Notes: generated by a model not told the origin, from the letters alone. Shown: positions 12,330-25,795, counted from the first letter of the stretch. The stretch is 64,000 bases of DNA from Octopus bimaculoides (GCF_001194135.2 NC_069008.1:9052391-9116390); one strand, 5' to 3'. Program-made: numbers and translations.

Positions 12330-15103
12330 GGTCTGTTTGTAACTGAAAATGTTTCCCATGTATAAACCAAATATAATTGCCAATGCCTCTTTTTCAATCT
12401 GGCTATAATTTTTTTCTGCAGTAGTGTCCTTGACGTGTGAGCTATGGTCTTTCTACTGCCAACATCACGTTTTTGTAGGAGTATGGCTCCTACCCTGTAC
12501 TCCCTCAAATTTTGGCACAGGGCCATCCTACCCTGTACTCACTAGCGTCTGTGGCTAGTATTGTTTCCAACTTAGGATTGAAGTGTTTTAGAGACAAGTC
12601 TGAAATGAAAATACTTTTTAACTCCTCAAATGCCTTCTGGCATTTTTGTGGCCAAAACCATTTGGTATCCTTTTTTTAACAGCTCATTTAGTGGAGCCCT
12701 TGTGTTGTGTATGTTTGGGATATATACTTGATAGTAGTTCACCAAGCCTAGAAACGCTTGTAGCATTTTGACATTCATTTCGTCAATTACTTGACCCAAA
12801 TATTCGATTTTTCTCATAAAAAATTCACACTTGTCCTTTGTTAGTCTGAATCCATATTCATTTATTTTTCTGAATACTTTTTTAATATGTTCGAAGTGTT
12901 GCTCCAGTGACTCACTCTTTATCAAAATATTGAGATATGTGATAGTGAAGTTGCAATCATTTAACATTGCGTCCATCACATTGCGTCCATCACTTGCCAC
13001 TTTTACTCCAAAAGGAAGCCGCTTGAATTTATACAATTCATGGTGTGTGTTGATTGTTAAAAGGTGTGTGTGCAATCTTCCTCTATTTGTATCTGTAGAT
13101 AAACCTCCGAGAGGTCTAATTTTGAGAAAATTTTTCCTCCATTTAGTTTTGAAAATACTTCTTCTGGACTTGGTAATGGATAGTTATGTTCGATTAAACA
13201 GTCATTTAATCCTGTTGAGAAATCTGCACACACTCTTAGTCTATTATTCCTTTTTTTCACATAAACCATCAGTGCTGCCCAGTCTGAGTGGTTGATTTTC
13301 TCAATTCTAGCTAGACTTTCCAGTCTTTCCAGCTCTTTGTTGACCTGGTCTATTGCTGCAAATGGCACACTCCATTTGGGCATGAAAACAGGTAATGCAT
13401 TTTCTTTTGCAGCAACCCTCACTTCTGTTTTAGTGCAATCCTTCCAAAAAACATTTGGAAATAATTTTTTAATTTTTGTCTCAGTTTTTCGATTTCATTC
13501 GAGCCTATGGCTGTCCCAACTGCATTTCCACAGAGAATACTTCTGGGGGTGTCCCACATTTTAAATAATTTTATGCATTCCGTACCAAATAAATTTAGTG
13601 ATTTTTTTTTTTCAACTCATAAATATTTGCTCTTTTTGTTTTATCTCGAAAAGTTACATTGTAAATGCATTTTGCCGATGAAATGTAATTTCCTTCCAGT
13701 AACACCGTATGCTGCTTTATTTGATCTAAATAATTTCGGCTTACCGATTTGTTTCCATGTTTCTTTATCTATGATAGTGATGTCACTACCCATATCTAAT
13801 TGCATTTTCACACTTGTGGTTTCAATTTTCACCGTGACAAATTTTCTGTTTGTTGTACTAACTTTTTTCCAATGATAAATTATTTATGTTTTCTTGTTTG
13901 TTCCAAATTTTCATCATCTTAGTTCTTATATTCCCACAATGAAAACACTTCACTTTTTTGAATTGACAATCTTTCCTCAGGTGCATACCACCACATGCCA
14001 TACATGGGCTTATATCCTGATATTTATCATGTTTTTTGCGAAACCCTTTATCTTCAGGCTCATCCACACTGGTTTTACCTGGAAACAATCTTTGTGTTGG
14101 ATTTCTTCTCTATCATGTCTTACTTTTAATATCATATCCATTTTTCTGACAGTTTCTGCAGGGTTATATCCTGGTGCATTTCCAACTTTGCAAGAATTTT
14201 CATTCTGACTTCTGCATCTTTTTTAGCAGTAAATTCTTGTGCGAAAATCAGGCATTTGACCGAATCTGGAGTTAGTTTTTCCTGTTTAAACCTCTCACAT
14301 TCCCTGTTCACTCTACCTGCATAATCAGTAGTCTTCATCATCACTTTTCTCAATGTTCAAACACTTCCAACGTGTGTTGAACAAGGTTATTTCACTGAAC
14401 ATCTTACATAAAATGTCAATCGTATCTGTCAAATTTATGTCAGAAGATATTTTAGGCAGTATAAAGTTACTGCATTTTTCATGCTCTGTTGTCACTAGTT
14501 TCCTCAAAATTAGACATGTTGTCCATCCAGTCTTGGCACTCTTTTACAAAATAATATATCTCGAAGGTGACTCCTTCTTCTGGGTCATATTTAAATTCAT
14601 TTATTGAATTTGCTACATGTTTTGGCAAAAACATATTTTCAGGTTTTGTTACCAACTTCATTGGTTGTAGCATTTGTTGCTGTAACACTTGTTCGTGTTC
14701 TTGTTCTTTGAGTTGTTGCAGTTTTTGCAACTCAACTAGATCTAACAAGTTTTCTATAATTTTATGGATTTTTCATAAAATATGTACAACAAAATGCTTG
14801 TTACTCCTCTGTCAAGTTGTTAATTTCTCCAAGTGAATTTTTGTTTTAGATTCCTCCATGTAAAAATTTTTAATGTCTGCGTGAATTCTTTATATCCTCG
14901 TCACCACTCTTATGATGTGGTGTTTTTTACAGTTATAATGTTTTGACTGTAGCTGTTGTATATACTCTAGTAGCCATGATATTTTCTTGGTATTGGATAC
15001 AGTGTATCTCTTCCATACACACCGCTTCATCTATTGTGCTATCATTGATAGTTCTGCAGGACACCGAATTTGACTGTGATTTGAACTCGACTATAACACA
15101 TCA
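12330..15103 (-). mobile_element. Decayed Ty3/Gypsy LTR retrotransposon (gag-PR-RT-RH; integrase and 3' LTR missing)
   Basis: Minus-strand fragments: gag; zinc knuckles CMACGGMHLRKDC and CFHCG; protease LDMGSDITII; RT RLRVCADFSTGLN, YPLP, SKLDLSEVYLQI, FKRLPFGVK; RNase H EYRVGAILLQ...IAHTSRTL. Multiple stops and frameshifts. Confidence 0.92.
14913..15103 (-). repeat. Putative 5' LTR of the Gypsy element
   Basis: A 191-bp segment bounded by the 7-bp inverted termini TGATGTG...CACATCA. On the minus strand it is followed 6 nt later by a PBS-like TGGTGACGAGGAT (~14894-14906) and then gag. Confidence 0.65.
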
Positions 15104-15341
15104 CTGACACTTCACTCCAGCTGAGAACTCATACGATGACTCTACAATGACTTCCTGTACTGGTTGATGTCATTTCACTTTATAGTGGCTGGTCAATACC
15201 ATTTGTCCCATGGGAGGGGTGTACCATTTCCACTCCAATATAAGCATTATACATGCTGGTAACCATCTGATGTAAACATATATATATCTATGTATATGAA
15301 TATAGTCAATGTAATTTTCTCTACTGTTATCATTGAATATC

Positions 15342-15676
15342 TTTTCAGTGAGTAGACTGTGGCCATTCTGGGGCACCACCTAGAAAGGTTTTAGTAAAAT
15401 AAATCAACTCCAGTACTTATTCTATTGGTCCCCCCCTTTTTTTTTGCCAAACTGCAAGGTTATGGGGATGTAAATAAACCAGCACCAGTTGTCAAATGGT
15501 GGTGGGGAATAAGCACACACACACACACAATGGGTTTTTCAGTTTCGATCTACCAAATAGACTTACAAGGCTTTGGTTGGCCTGAGGATATAGTAGAAGA
15601 CACTTGCCCAAGGTGTCATGCAGTGGGACTGAACCTGGAGCCATGTGCTTGGGAAGCAAGCTTCTTACCACAGAAC

Positions 15677-15745
<69 letters not shown>

Positions 15746-16307
15746 AGGCACAGGCATGGCTGTGTTGTAAGAAGCTTGCTTCCCAACCACATGATTCCGG
15801 GTTCAGTTCCACTGCATGACACCTTGGGCAAGTGTCTTCTACTATGGCCTCGGGCTGACCAAAGCCTTGTGAGTGAATTTGGTAGACAGAAACTGAAAGA
15901 AGCCTGTCGTGTATATATATATATATTTATTTATTGATGTGTATGTCCCTCCATTATCACTTGACAACTGATATTGGTGTGTTTACGTTCCCCATAACTT
16001 AGCAGTTCAGCAAAGGAGACTGGTAGAATAAGTACCAGGCTTACAAAGAATAAGTCCAGGATCAATTTCTTCGACTAAAAGGCAGTGCTCCAGCATGGCC
16101 ACAGTAAAAATGACTGAAACAAGTAAAAGTGTATATACATACATAGGTGCAGGCATGGCTGTGTGATAAGAAGCTTGCTTCCCAACCACATGGTTCTAGG
16201 TTCAGTCCCACTGTGTGGCACCTTGGGCAAGTGTCTTCTACTAAAGCCTCAGGCAGACCAAAGCCTTTTGAGTGGATTTGGTAGACAGAAGCTGAAAGAG
16301 GCCTGTC

Positions 16308-16363
<56 letters not shown>

Positions 16364-16580
16364 CTATAAGTGTGTGTCTTTGTGTCTGTCCCCCCCACCA
16401 TCACTTGACAACTGATGTTGGTGTGTTTGCATCCCTGTAATTTAGCAGTTCGACCAAAGAGACTGATATAATAAGTACTAAGCTTAGAAAAGAATAAGTC
16501 CTGGGGTCGATTTCTTCAACTAAAACCCTACAAAGCAGTGCTCCAGCATGGCTGCAGTCAAATGACTGAAACATGTAAAA
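15342..16580. mobile_element. Cluster of three tRNA-derived SINEs (octopus OR-type family): one minus (15342-15672), two plus (15745-16128, 16144-16580)
   Basis: Recurring head ggcacaggcatggctgtgtggtaagaagcttgcttcccaaccacatggtt...ggttcagtcccactg, an internal microsatellite, and the tail ...gactgaaacaagtaaaag. Dozens of related copies occur across the window. Confidence 0.85.
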
Positions 16581-16858
16581 GAATGTACACACACACACAC
16601 ACACACACACAATCCTTGATAGTATAGTGGTAAGTATCCCTTGTCTATTGCTCCAGAGACCAGACTACTATTCTATGCTGGGAAGGCTTCAGTTTTATAG
16701 GTGCAGGCATGACCAGGTGATTAAGAAGCTTGCGTTACAGCCATGTGCTTTTGAGTTTGGTCTCACTGAATGGTACCTACTACAACTTTGGGCTGATTAA
16801 TTCCTCATGAGAGACTTTTGGTAGATGAAGTCTGTGTGGAAGCCCATCCTGTGTACTT

Positions 16859-16899
<41 letters not shown>

Positions 16900-17129
16900 T
16901 CCACTCTACTGCTTAACAATGTGTTTGTTTACATCTCTGTAAATTAGCTGTCTGGCAAAAGAGACCATTAGAATGAGTGTCCAGCTTTAAAAGAATGAAA
17001 TGCTGGGGTCAATTTTTTAAAACTCAATCCTGAAACAAGTAGAAACTAAGATGTACACAGCCATTCTCATGCAATTCTGTATCAGCCATCATCGCAGTTA
17101 TGCTGTCTCATGATGTTCTCGAGATAGCA

Positions 17130-17356
17130 CTTAATCTTAATTCAGATTAATCGGTCAAATGTAATGCTTGTTTATTCACATTGTTTTGAACTAATCTTGC
17201 ATTATCTCATAGCTTTGCCATATCAATGATGTGATGGTTTATTTTTCAAACAGCATTGTATGGTAGATGTGGAAGGCAGGATCTGGCCAATTTGAACATA
17301 AAGCAGGCAGAATATTTGGGCCTGATGTGACTGGTTTTTAATGCTAAAGGGTTAAA
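17130..17356. mobile_element. piggyBac-like (TTAA) MITE, degenerate
   Basis: Right end AATGCTAAAGGGTTAA. The same family occurs at ~8381-8500, ~9520-9690, ~27185-27330 and ~50030-50555, with the AACCCTTTAGCATT terminus. Confidence 0.55.
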
Positions 17357-17621
17357 TCACCCTCAAATTGTATTCCCTCACCTTACAAAAACAATACTTT
17401 GCATAATGTAGTCTAGGATGGGATGCATTGTCTGAACTATAGGTGTGGTAGTCATGATTGGAATGTTTTGAATTTTAAGCCCGTTTTGTCCTCCAACCAC
17501 CACTTGACAACCAGTGTTGGTGTGTTTATGTCCCTGGGACTTAGTGGTTTGATAAAAGAGACCAATAGAATAAGCACCAGGCTTTAAAAAAATAAGCTTT
17601 GGGAAGGTCAATTCATTCAAG

Positions 17622-17678
<57 letters not shown>

Positions 17679-17846
17679 TATGATGGGCTTCTTTCATTTT
17701 TCATCTACCAAATCCACTCAAGGCTATAGCAGAAGTTACTTGCCCAAGGTGCCATGCAGTGACACTGAACTTGGAACCACATGGTTGGAAAGCAAGCTTC
17801 TTACCACACAGCCACACCCGTGCCTATAACAGCCATGCCTATATAT

Positions 17847-17897
<51 letters not shown>

Positions 17898-18183
17898 TCA
17901 GTAACAGATTGTGTGTATAAAAAAAACAAACAAAATACCGTCAGCCCATATTTAGACAGCATCCCTAGGGTGAGGCTGGTGAGCGGGTGGGTGGCTGTAT
18001 ATGTACTTACCATCCTCGTTTATTTCTATATACTTTTATCTCTACCGTCTTATTTTTTTACACACCTGGTTTGTGTACCTGTGTATGTACATCCGTATAT
18101 GTTTCTCAAGCATGTGTTACATACATAGCTGTCTGTGTATTGATGTATATACATGCACAAGCCTCTCTCGTACACTTCAGTCA

Positions 18184-18224
<41 letters not shown>

Positions 18225-19112
18225 GCACCCCCTGCGCACACACACACATGCATATATACACACTCACACACCACTACCACCACCATCATCTCTCTCATAC
18301 TTCAGTTTTCTTAAATACACATCTGTATGTGTATAGTGATGTATATACACATCTCTCTCACATACACCACACACTGTATAAACAATATACACATTCTCCC
18401 TTCATCTCTCTCTATGTCTGTCTATCTCTCTCTTTCTCTCTCATATCTATACACCCTCAAAAATAGCTGCATACACATCTTTACATGTATATGCGATTTT
18501 CTGTGGATATGCTGATGTACTTGTTACTATGCCAACACACTTCTGTTTCTGAATAATTTGCCCTAATTCTTCAGTCTTCATAAAAATCTGTGTGGAAAGG
18601 TAAGAGGTTTGCTTCCCAACCACATGGTTCTGGGTGAAACAAGTAAAAGAACACACACACACACACACACACACANNNNNNNNNNNNNNNNNNNNNNNNN
18701 NNNNNNNNNNNNNNNNNNNNNNNNNNNNNNNNNNNNNNNNNNNNNNNNNNNNNNNNNNNNNNNNNNNNNNNNNNNNNNNNNNNNNNNNNNNNNNNNNNNN
18801 NNNNNNNNNNNNNNNNNNNNNNNNNNNNNNNNNNNNNNNNNNNNNNNNNNNNNNNNNNNNNNNNNNNNNNNNNNNNNNNNNNNNNNNNNNNNNNNNNNNN
18901 NNNNNNNNNNNNNNNNNNNNNNNNNNNNNNNNNNNNNNNNNNNNNNNNNNNNNNNNNNNNNNNNNNNNNNNNNNNNNNNNNNNNNNNNNNNNNNNNNNNN
19001 NNNNNNNNNNNNNNNNNNNNNNNNNNNNNNNNNNNNNNNNNNNNNNNNNNNNNNNNNNNNNNNNNNNNNNNNNNNNNNNNNNNNNNNNNNNNNNNNNNNN
19101 NNNNNNNNNNNN

Positions 19113-19160
<48 letters not shown>

Positions 19161-20499
19161 TTATGTATTTTTTTTTACTTGTTTCAGTCATTTGACTGTG
19201 GCCATGCTGGAAGTCTTGCCCAAGTTGCCACATCATGGGACTGAACCTGGAACCATGCAGTTGGGAAGCAAACTTCTTACCACACAGCCACGCCTACACC
19301 TATTCTGATCATAGTAATTAGCAATTAGTGTTGGAGATTTGCAAAAAGCAGTCCATTTGTTAAATGTCATCACTAAATGTGGTACTTAGTTTAAGGTCTG
19401 CAGAGTAAATTACTCTGACGTCAGTACAATGTGTTCTATTGTTTAGTTTCAAGGTGTTCCCTAATCAAAGAACTGATCTATGATTAAAGGTGATTCAACC
19501 ATGACCATCCCATCTTGGTATTGTTTCTTTGTTTTTCGCTGATGACATTGTTATCTGATACAGTCTTCTTGTTTTTAAGAGCCTCTGATGTGATTTACTG
19601 CAGGATTTTGCTATTTCTAGCAGGTTGAGTGATGTAGAATCTTCTTCACTGGCTTAGTGTTGTTCTGAATGTCATTTAACCCTAGGTTAACCCTGATGCA
19701 GCAGACCACATTCCAGCTGTGACCATCCCAATTTTTTTTTTATAGTGTATCTAGGACTACATTGCCCCATTTATTAATTTCTCTTTTTCCTATCTGTTTC
19801 AGTCATTAGACTGAGGCCATACTGGGGTTTGGTCATGAAGAAATTTTAGTCGAATGAATTGATTCCAATATTTAATTTTAAAGCCTGGTACTTTTGGTCT
19901 GTTTTTCGATGAACTGCTAAGTTACAGGGATGTAAACAAACCAACACCAGTTGTCAAGCGGTGGTGGTGGTGGTGGGACAAACACACAGTTATGCTGGGC
20001 TCCTTTCAAATTCCGAAGACCAAATCCACTCACAAGGCTTTGGTCAGGCCAAGGCTATATCAGAAGACACTTGCCCAAGGTACCACGCTGTGGGACTGGA
20101 CCTAGAACCATGTGGTTGGGAAGCAAGCTTCTTAGCATACAGCTACGCCTGTGCCTATACTGTTTACCATCATCATCATATGTCCATTTTCCATGCTGGC
20201 ATGGGTTGTATGGTTTGACAGGAGCTGGCCAGCTGAAGAATTTCCCAGGCTCCATGTTTGTTTTGGCATGGTTTCTACAGCTTGATATCCTTCTTAACAC
20301 CAACCACTTCACATAATGTACTGGTTGCTTTTATGCAGCACTGGCACAGGTGTTTTTACATGGCATGAGCCGCCAAGATAAGGAACACTCAGCTGAAGAG
20401 GGATGCAGGAGATGTGCCTGTATGCAAGGATGACCATGTATTTACTTAGCTTGATGTGTCTTCTCAAGCACGGCAAACCACCAGAATTCTTGGACTACT

Positions 20500-20810
20500 T
20501 AAAAAACAAAAAAATGATGCATCACTTTTTGCCAAAAATTAGCAAGAAGATCAAGCAAAGATGATTGTGACTATCTGGTCACTGTGTATGCCACCCTAAG
20601 ACTGGAAGCATCCAAATTAGTCTTGTGGAACCCACTTCATGGTGATGTAAGCAGAGAAAAATGTCATCACACTTACATGGACAACTTGATTGCAGATACA
20701 GGCCTGGAATGTATCCAGGACCTCAAGGCAGTGATGTTGGACTGAGAAAGTGTGGCAAGTGGACTTTGTTGCTGCAAGCCCAGGTTGGAACCCCACCATA
20801 CTAAATATAT
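20500..20810 (+). mobile_element. 3' fragment of an RTE-clade LINE ORF
   Basis: Translates to ASKLVLWNPLHGDVSREKCHHTYMDNLIADTGLECIQDLKAVMLD, which resembles the post-RT C-terminus of RTE elements. Confidence 0.6.
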
Positions 20811-21373
20811 GCTAAAAAGTTTTATAGTGCTTCAATAAATATGGGTCTATAAGACAACTACCAGACTGAACTAAACATCAGTGAAGGAATTGTTATGCTT
20901 GACTAAAACACTGTTCAGGCATTACCCCAGTATCACAGTGCATGGTCCAATAACTGTTAACCTGTTAAACAATAAATAAATTCAAGTGTTCTCTGTTTTG
21001 TTGTACTCATTATCCATGCAATGTGTCATTAGTGAATGCCATTGTGAGATGCATGAATCACATGAGGTTCCTCCTCCACTTGATATTCTGCAATTCCTTT
21101 TCTATTGAACCAAGTATTTAAAACTCTACATACATTTTATATTGCTGCTTGTTGATAATATTGATTGCTTTTGTAATTCATGCTATCATCTGTATGGATC
21201 AGTCTGTTGCATATGGTGGGTGTTGTGTATTTAGGTGTGTGTGTGCATGTGTACCTTAAGTGTAGTTTGTGAGTGATTGTCTTGTATGATAATTTTGGGT
21301 TCATTAACACCTTATCAGTGGAATTTAGTAGATGGAGACTAAAAGAAGCCTATTGTGTCTATGTATGTATGAA

Positions 21374-21407
<34 letters not shown>

Positions 21408-22036
21408 GTGAGTTCAAAAAATAAAAACGACCAAAACACAACGACGTGATACAGATATTGTGTAACTGGACGCTCAGGAAAGGAAAGGAAAGAGAATTTA
21501 TACGTACACACACATACACTCATACTTACATCATGCACATATGTATGTGTGTGTGTATATCTATCTATCTATCTATCTATATATATATATATATATATAT
21601 ATAAGAGAATTTTTGATGGAGACAATACTCCATGTATAGTACAACTGTTTTTTGTGCTTGTTTATGAGCTAAGGAGTAATGAAAATTTTTTTGTAGAAGA
21701 TAAACATTTCAGTTGTGAGTACTTCACATCTGAAAACAAAATTGTGCTTACAGTGATTTATAAGACTTGGATGGGATACATGATTGTATTAAAAATTCAA
21801 ATAATAACAAAATATAATAAAAATAAGATATAAAAAAATGTAAATGAAGTAAGATCTAAGAACCTGAAAACCGTGTTTGTGTGTGTAGATACATGTATTT
21901 GAGAGAGAATAAATAGCATTCAGTAATACAAGATATCATGAAGGTGAAAAAACCACGAAAAATAAAAATCAGTTTGTGTGTACCTTTGTTTTGACATTGT
22001 ATGATAGTTGTAAACAAATATCATCGTCATATAGGC

Positions 22037-22322
22037 CAGGGGTTTTCAAACAGTGGTCCGCGGACCACAGGGGGTCCGCAAGGACAAGACAGGGGGTCCG
22101 TAGACAGCAAATACTTTTTATGGGCAATTTGATTTTATATATGTTTTTTAATCGAAATCTTTTAATTGACAATAAACCTATTTGTTAAATACTGTTAAAT
22201 AAATAAATGTAAAAATATATGTTATTTTAAGCAAATATTTATGTATAAATTTCATAAGTGTTTATAAGGGTAAAGCCTGAAATATAAAGGGGTCCGCAAG
22301 TCAAAAAGTTTGAAAACCCCTG
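22037..22322. mobile_element. hAT-superfamily MITE (286 bp)
   Basis: Perfect TIR CAGGGGTTTTCAAAC / GTTTGAAAACCCCTG. Perfect 8-bp TSD ATATAGGC (22029-22036, 22323-22330). Repeated GGGGTCCG subterminal motifs. Confidence 0.95.
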
Positions 22323-22598
22323 ATATAGGCTATGTTGTTCACTTTCAGTCTTCCATAAAAAACATGTCCAGCCATGGGGAAATATTACATTGCTTGGAAG
22401 TAGTTGAGGGTTAGTGACTGATAGGGCATCCGCCCACATAAAATCTGTTTCAACTGATTCTGCAAGCATTGAATAGTGGATCCTAAATGGGCTGTGCCTA
22501 CACTGAGGCAGTGTCTTCAAGGGCTTTTAGTTTGCCATTTTGACCCCAGTACATATTTTAGTTCAGTTCTTATTTTATCTGACTCTGTTTATCGAGTG

Positions 22599-22908
22599 CA
22601 GGGGTTCTCCACTATTTTTTTCCTATAGACCCCTTTGATTACTATTTTATTCTGGTGAACCCTTGTAGGTATTTGTTGTTTAAAAACCCTCTTTCTCAAA
22701 ATTCCTATTTTGATTTTCTCACATTAACTTGTTTAGGTTGAATTATGTAAAATGTTAGAGGAAGAAACTTAGCTGTTTCTTGCAAAATAAATACACCTAA
22801 AACAAAAAAAAATTCTTGAACCCTTAAAATACTATTGTGGATCCCCAGTTCACTATTTTGCTCTTGTGGGCCCTCAGGGATCACATGAACGCTGGTTGAG
22901 AATCATTG
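22599..22908. mobile_element. hAT/Charlie-type MITE
   Basis: Termini CAGGGGTTCTCCAC / GGTTGAGAATCATTG. 8-bp TSD ATCGAGTG / ATCTAGTG with one mismatch, close to the NTCTAGAN target preference. Confidence 0.75.
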
Positions 22909-23131
22909 ATCTAGTGGCTAAATTTTGCCCTTTTTGATGTTGAGGGATGTGCAACACATTGAACTGATTTACACAAAAACATACACAGAATGTGAGTATT
23001 TTAATAAGAGTGTTGTAGTTTGCATGAAACATTGTAGTACTGAAGAAGGGAAAGAAAAAAAAGAAAAGAAGAAAGTTTCTGACAATGTGGAAAGATTCAC
23101 AAAAACCTGTTTATTTTAGGTGCAAAAGCTT

Positions 23132-23251
23132 ATCCTCAGAAGGAAGGAGTCGGGAAATGTCCAGTTACACCAATTCTGTTGCCTTGGAGTTTGAGTAAGG
23201 TGATGGAATCAGTATAAGTGGACATTTCCAAAACTGCTTCCTTCTGAGGAT
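23132..23251. repeat. Short inverted repeat (~37-bp arms, ~45-nt loop)
   Basis: atcctcagaaggaaggagtcgggaaatgtccagtta is nearly the reverse complement of taagtggacatttccaaaactgcttccttctgaggat. Confidence 0.8.
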
Positions 23252-23827
23252 GGGCCTTTGTCCCTGATATATAAAGGTTCTTCTGAAACATTCTGCATTG
23301 TCAGAAGCTTTCTTATTTTCCCTTTTCTTTCCCATCGTGTGTAATTTTAGCTTTTATCTTTTACTTGTTTTAATCATTGGATTGCAGCCATGCTGAGGCA
23401 TTGCCTTAAAGAGTTTAGTTGAACAAATTGACCCCAGGACTTATTTTCAAGCCTGGTACTTTTTTGCTAAGTTATGGGGATGTTGAGAAACCAACAACCA
23501 TTGCTGAGAGGTAGTGGGAGCCACACACACACACACACACACACACACAAGCTGCTTTCAGTGGTGATAGTGGTAATAGTATTTAGATGGTGTATGAGTG
23601 GCTTGGGTGTGTGGTCTCTTTGTGTATCTGTTGCCTCTATGTCTGAGTAGATCATGTGTTTGTGTGTGAGTGCATAAGGGGCCTATTGATTTAATGAGGT
23701 TGGATGTATGTGTTTGTATATATACAAACATAAGTGTGTATATATATATATATATATACACAGACGCACGTATTGTGTGTGTATGTATATGCAAGTGTGA
23801 ATGTGTGTGTGTGTATGTATATGCATG

Positions 23828-23865
<38 letters not shown>

Positions 23866-23994
23866 TATTGTTGTGCTCAGATTTCTTCTCTGTGCTGTTA
23901 TTCTGTTTTACAAATCCTTGCTGATTGTGCAACATTAGTTGAACAATTCCATGAAAAGTGACGATATGCAAAACCCAAAATAGCACAGATCATT

Positions 23995-24063
23995 CTCAAC
24001 AACAACACACACACAGACACACACACACACAGACACACACACACACAGACACACACACACACA

Positions 24064-24133
<70 letters not shown>
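23995..24133. repeat. (CA)n/(CAGA) microsatellite, representative of very many CA, TA, CT and GAT tracts in the window
   Basis: Directly visible. Similar tracts flank most N gaps and sit inside the SINEs. Confidence 0.95.
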
Positions 24134-24136
<3 letters not shown>

Positions 24137-24870
24137 TTCATTCAGGTGTTAACCCTGGAATTTACCCTGTTAAGCTCGTGCATGAATCAATGGCTGTATA
24201 TATTATTGCATAATATAGCATTATTCATGAATTCAAATGAAACAATTATAAATTGAACTAATAAAAGGGTTTGCTCACTTCATTCTTCTTTATATATATT
24301 CTGTTACTTGTTTCAGTTATTTGATTGCAGCCATACTGGGGTACCGTCTTGAGGCATTTTAGTTGAACTAATCAACTCCAGTACTTTTCTTTTTAAGCTT
24401 GATACTTACTCTAGTGGTCTCTTTTGCTGAACTGCTAAGTTATGGGATGTAAACACACCAACATCAAGCTTTGGTAGGGGACAAGCACAGACACACACTC
24501 ACACATTTTCAGTTTCCATCTACCAAATTCACTCACAAAGCTTTGGACAGCCCAAGGCTATAATAGAAGATACTTAACCAAGATACCATGCAATGGGACT
24601 GAAGCCGGAACCATTTTAGTTGGGAAGCAAGCTTCTTACCACACGGCCATGCCTGTGATATGTGTGTATAAAATTTATTCACTATTCACTACCTGTGCAT
24701 ATTCTGTGTACTGTTCATGCAGTTTTGGTTACTTTTTCTGATGAGTTGTACTGCATCTGAGCGCTGTATACAATAAGTTTATTATTATTATAATTTCAAG
24801 CTATATACTCTCACTTTTACAGACTGCTTCTTCATCCCCTCATCTCCTTCACCTACTCACTTCTACTTAC

Positions 24871-25031
24871 CTCATGCCCTTGTGGGGCACCTCATTGCCA
24901 TTATGTGTCTCTTTGCAGCTTCTGATCATTTCCTCTTCTTTTCTGTCTCCTCCTACTAAATGTGAATAGACATGCAAATCCTTTACAAGATCCTGCTCTG
25001 ATTCCTCCTCTAAGGTTTGTAGTCCTGTAAG
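24871..25031 (-). other. Candidate unannotated exon (LTGLQTLEEESEQDLVKDLH...PHKGMR)
   Basis: Open acidic frame ending at a perfect AG|GTAAGT donor (24870-24865). The acceptor is weak and lies in SINE-derived sequence. Confidence 0.2.
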
Positions 25032-25795
25032 CTGCACAGTGACCTCAATAGTACAGTTGGTGTGAAAAAAGCACCCAGTACATGTTGTAAAGTAGTTGGC
25101 TCCAGCTGTGGAAACCATGCGAAAACAGACATTGGAGCACAATTTGGTCCTTATCAAATACTGTCAACTCATCTAACTCATGCCAGCATGGAACATGGAC
25201 ATTAAATTATGATGATGATATCTTTGTTTCAGCCATTAGGCTACAGCTGTGCCAGGGGACCACCCATCATCATCAACATCATTATTTAACATCTGTTTTC
25301 CATTTTGGCATGGGTTGGACAGTTTGACCAAAGCTGGTAAAGCCAAGGGCCTCACCTGGCTCCATTGTTCTGGCATTGTTTCTACAGATGGATGCCCTTC
25401 TTAATGCCAACCACTCCACAGAATGTATTGGGTGCTTTTAATGTTGCACTAGCATGAATGCTTTATATGCAGCACCAGTGCCAGTATCAATTCTGCTGTA
25501 GTGGACAGGTCTTCTTCCATACAACAATGTGCCAGATATCTCAGTCTTCGTCATCACCTCAAGTGTCTCGAGACTGGTCTTCAATCTATACACATGTATG
25601 TATTGTACCATATGTATTTGCTGAACTACATTTTAAGATTAGATTATAAATTTTAAGTGTATGTCTGTCTATGTATGTGTACACACACACACATTTCATG
25701 ACTTTGGCTGTTTATTTAAGAATATATTATTTTTGTGAGTTTTCTGTCCATTATCAATGATTGTCAAATAGTATGCACAAACACACAATCATATA

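Noticed and set aside
15745-15830. tRNA-like sequences (A/B boxes) at many positions
   Set aside because: They are SINE heads that continue into core and tail sequence, without complete cloverleaves. They are not tRNA genes.
17378-19308. ORFs rich in HT/CV/YI dipeptide repeats (also at 23558-24152, 29801-30393, 51412-51957 and elsewhere)
   Set aside because: They are translations of (CA)n/(TA)n microsatellites and SINE parts, with no coding signal.
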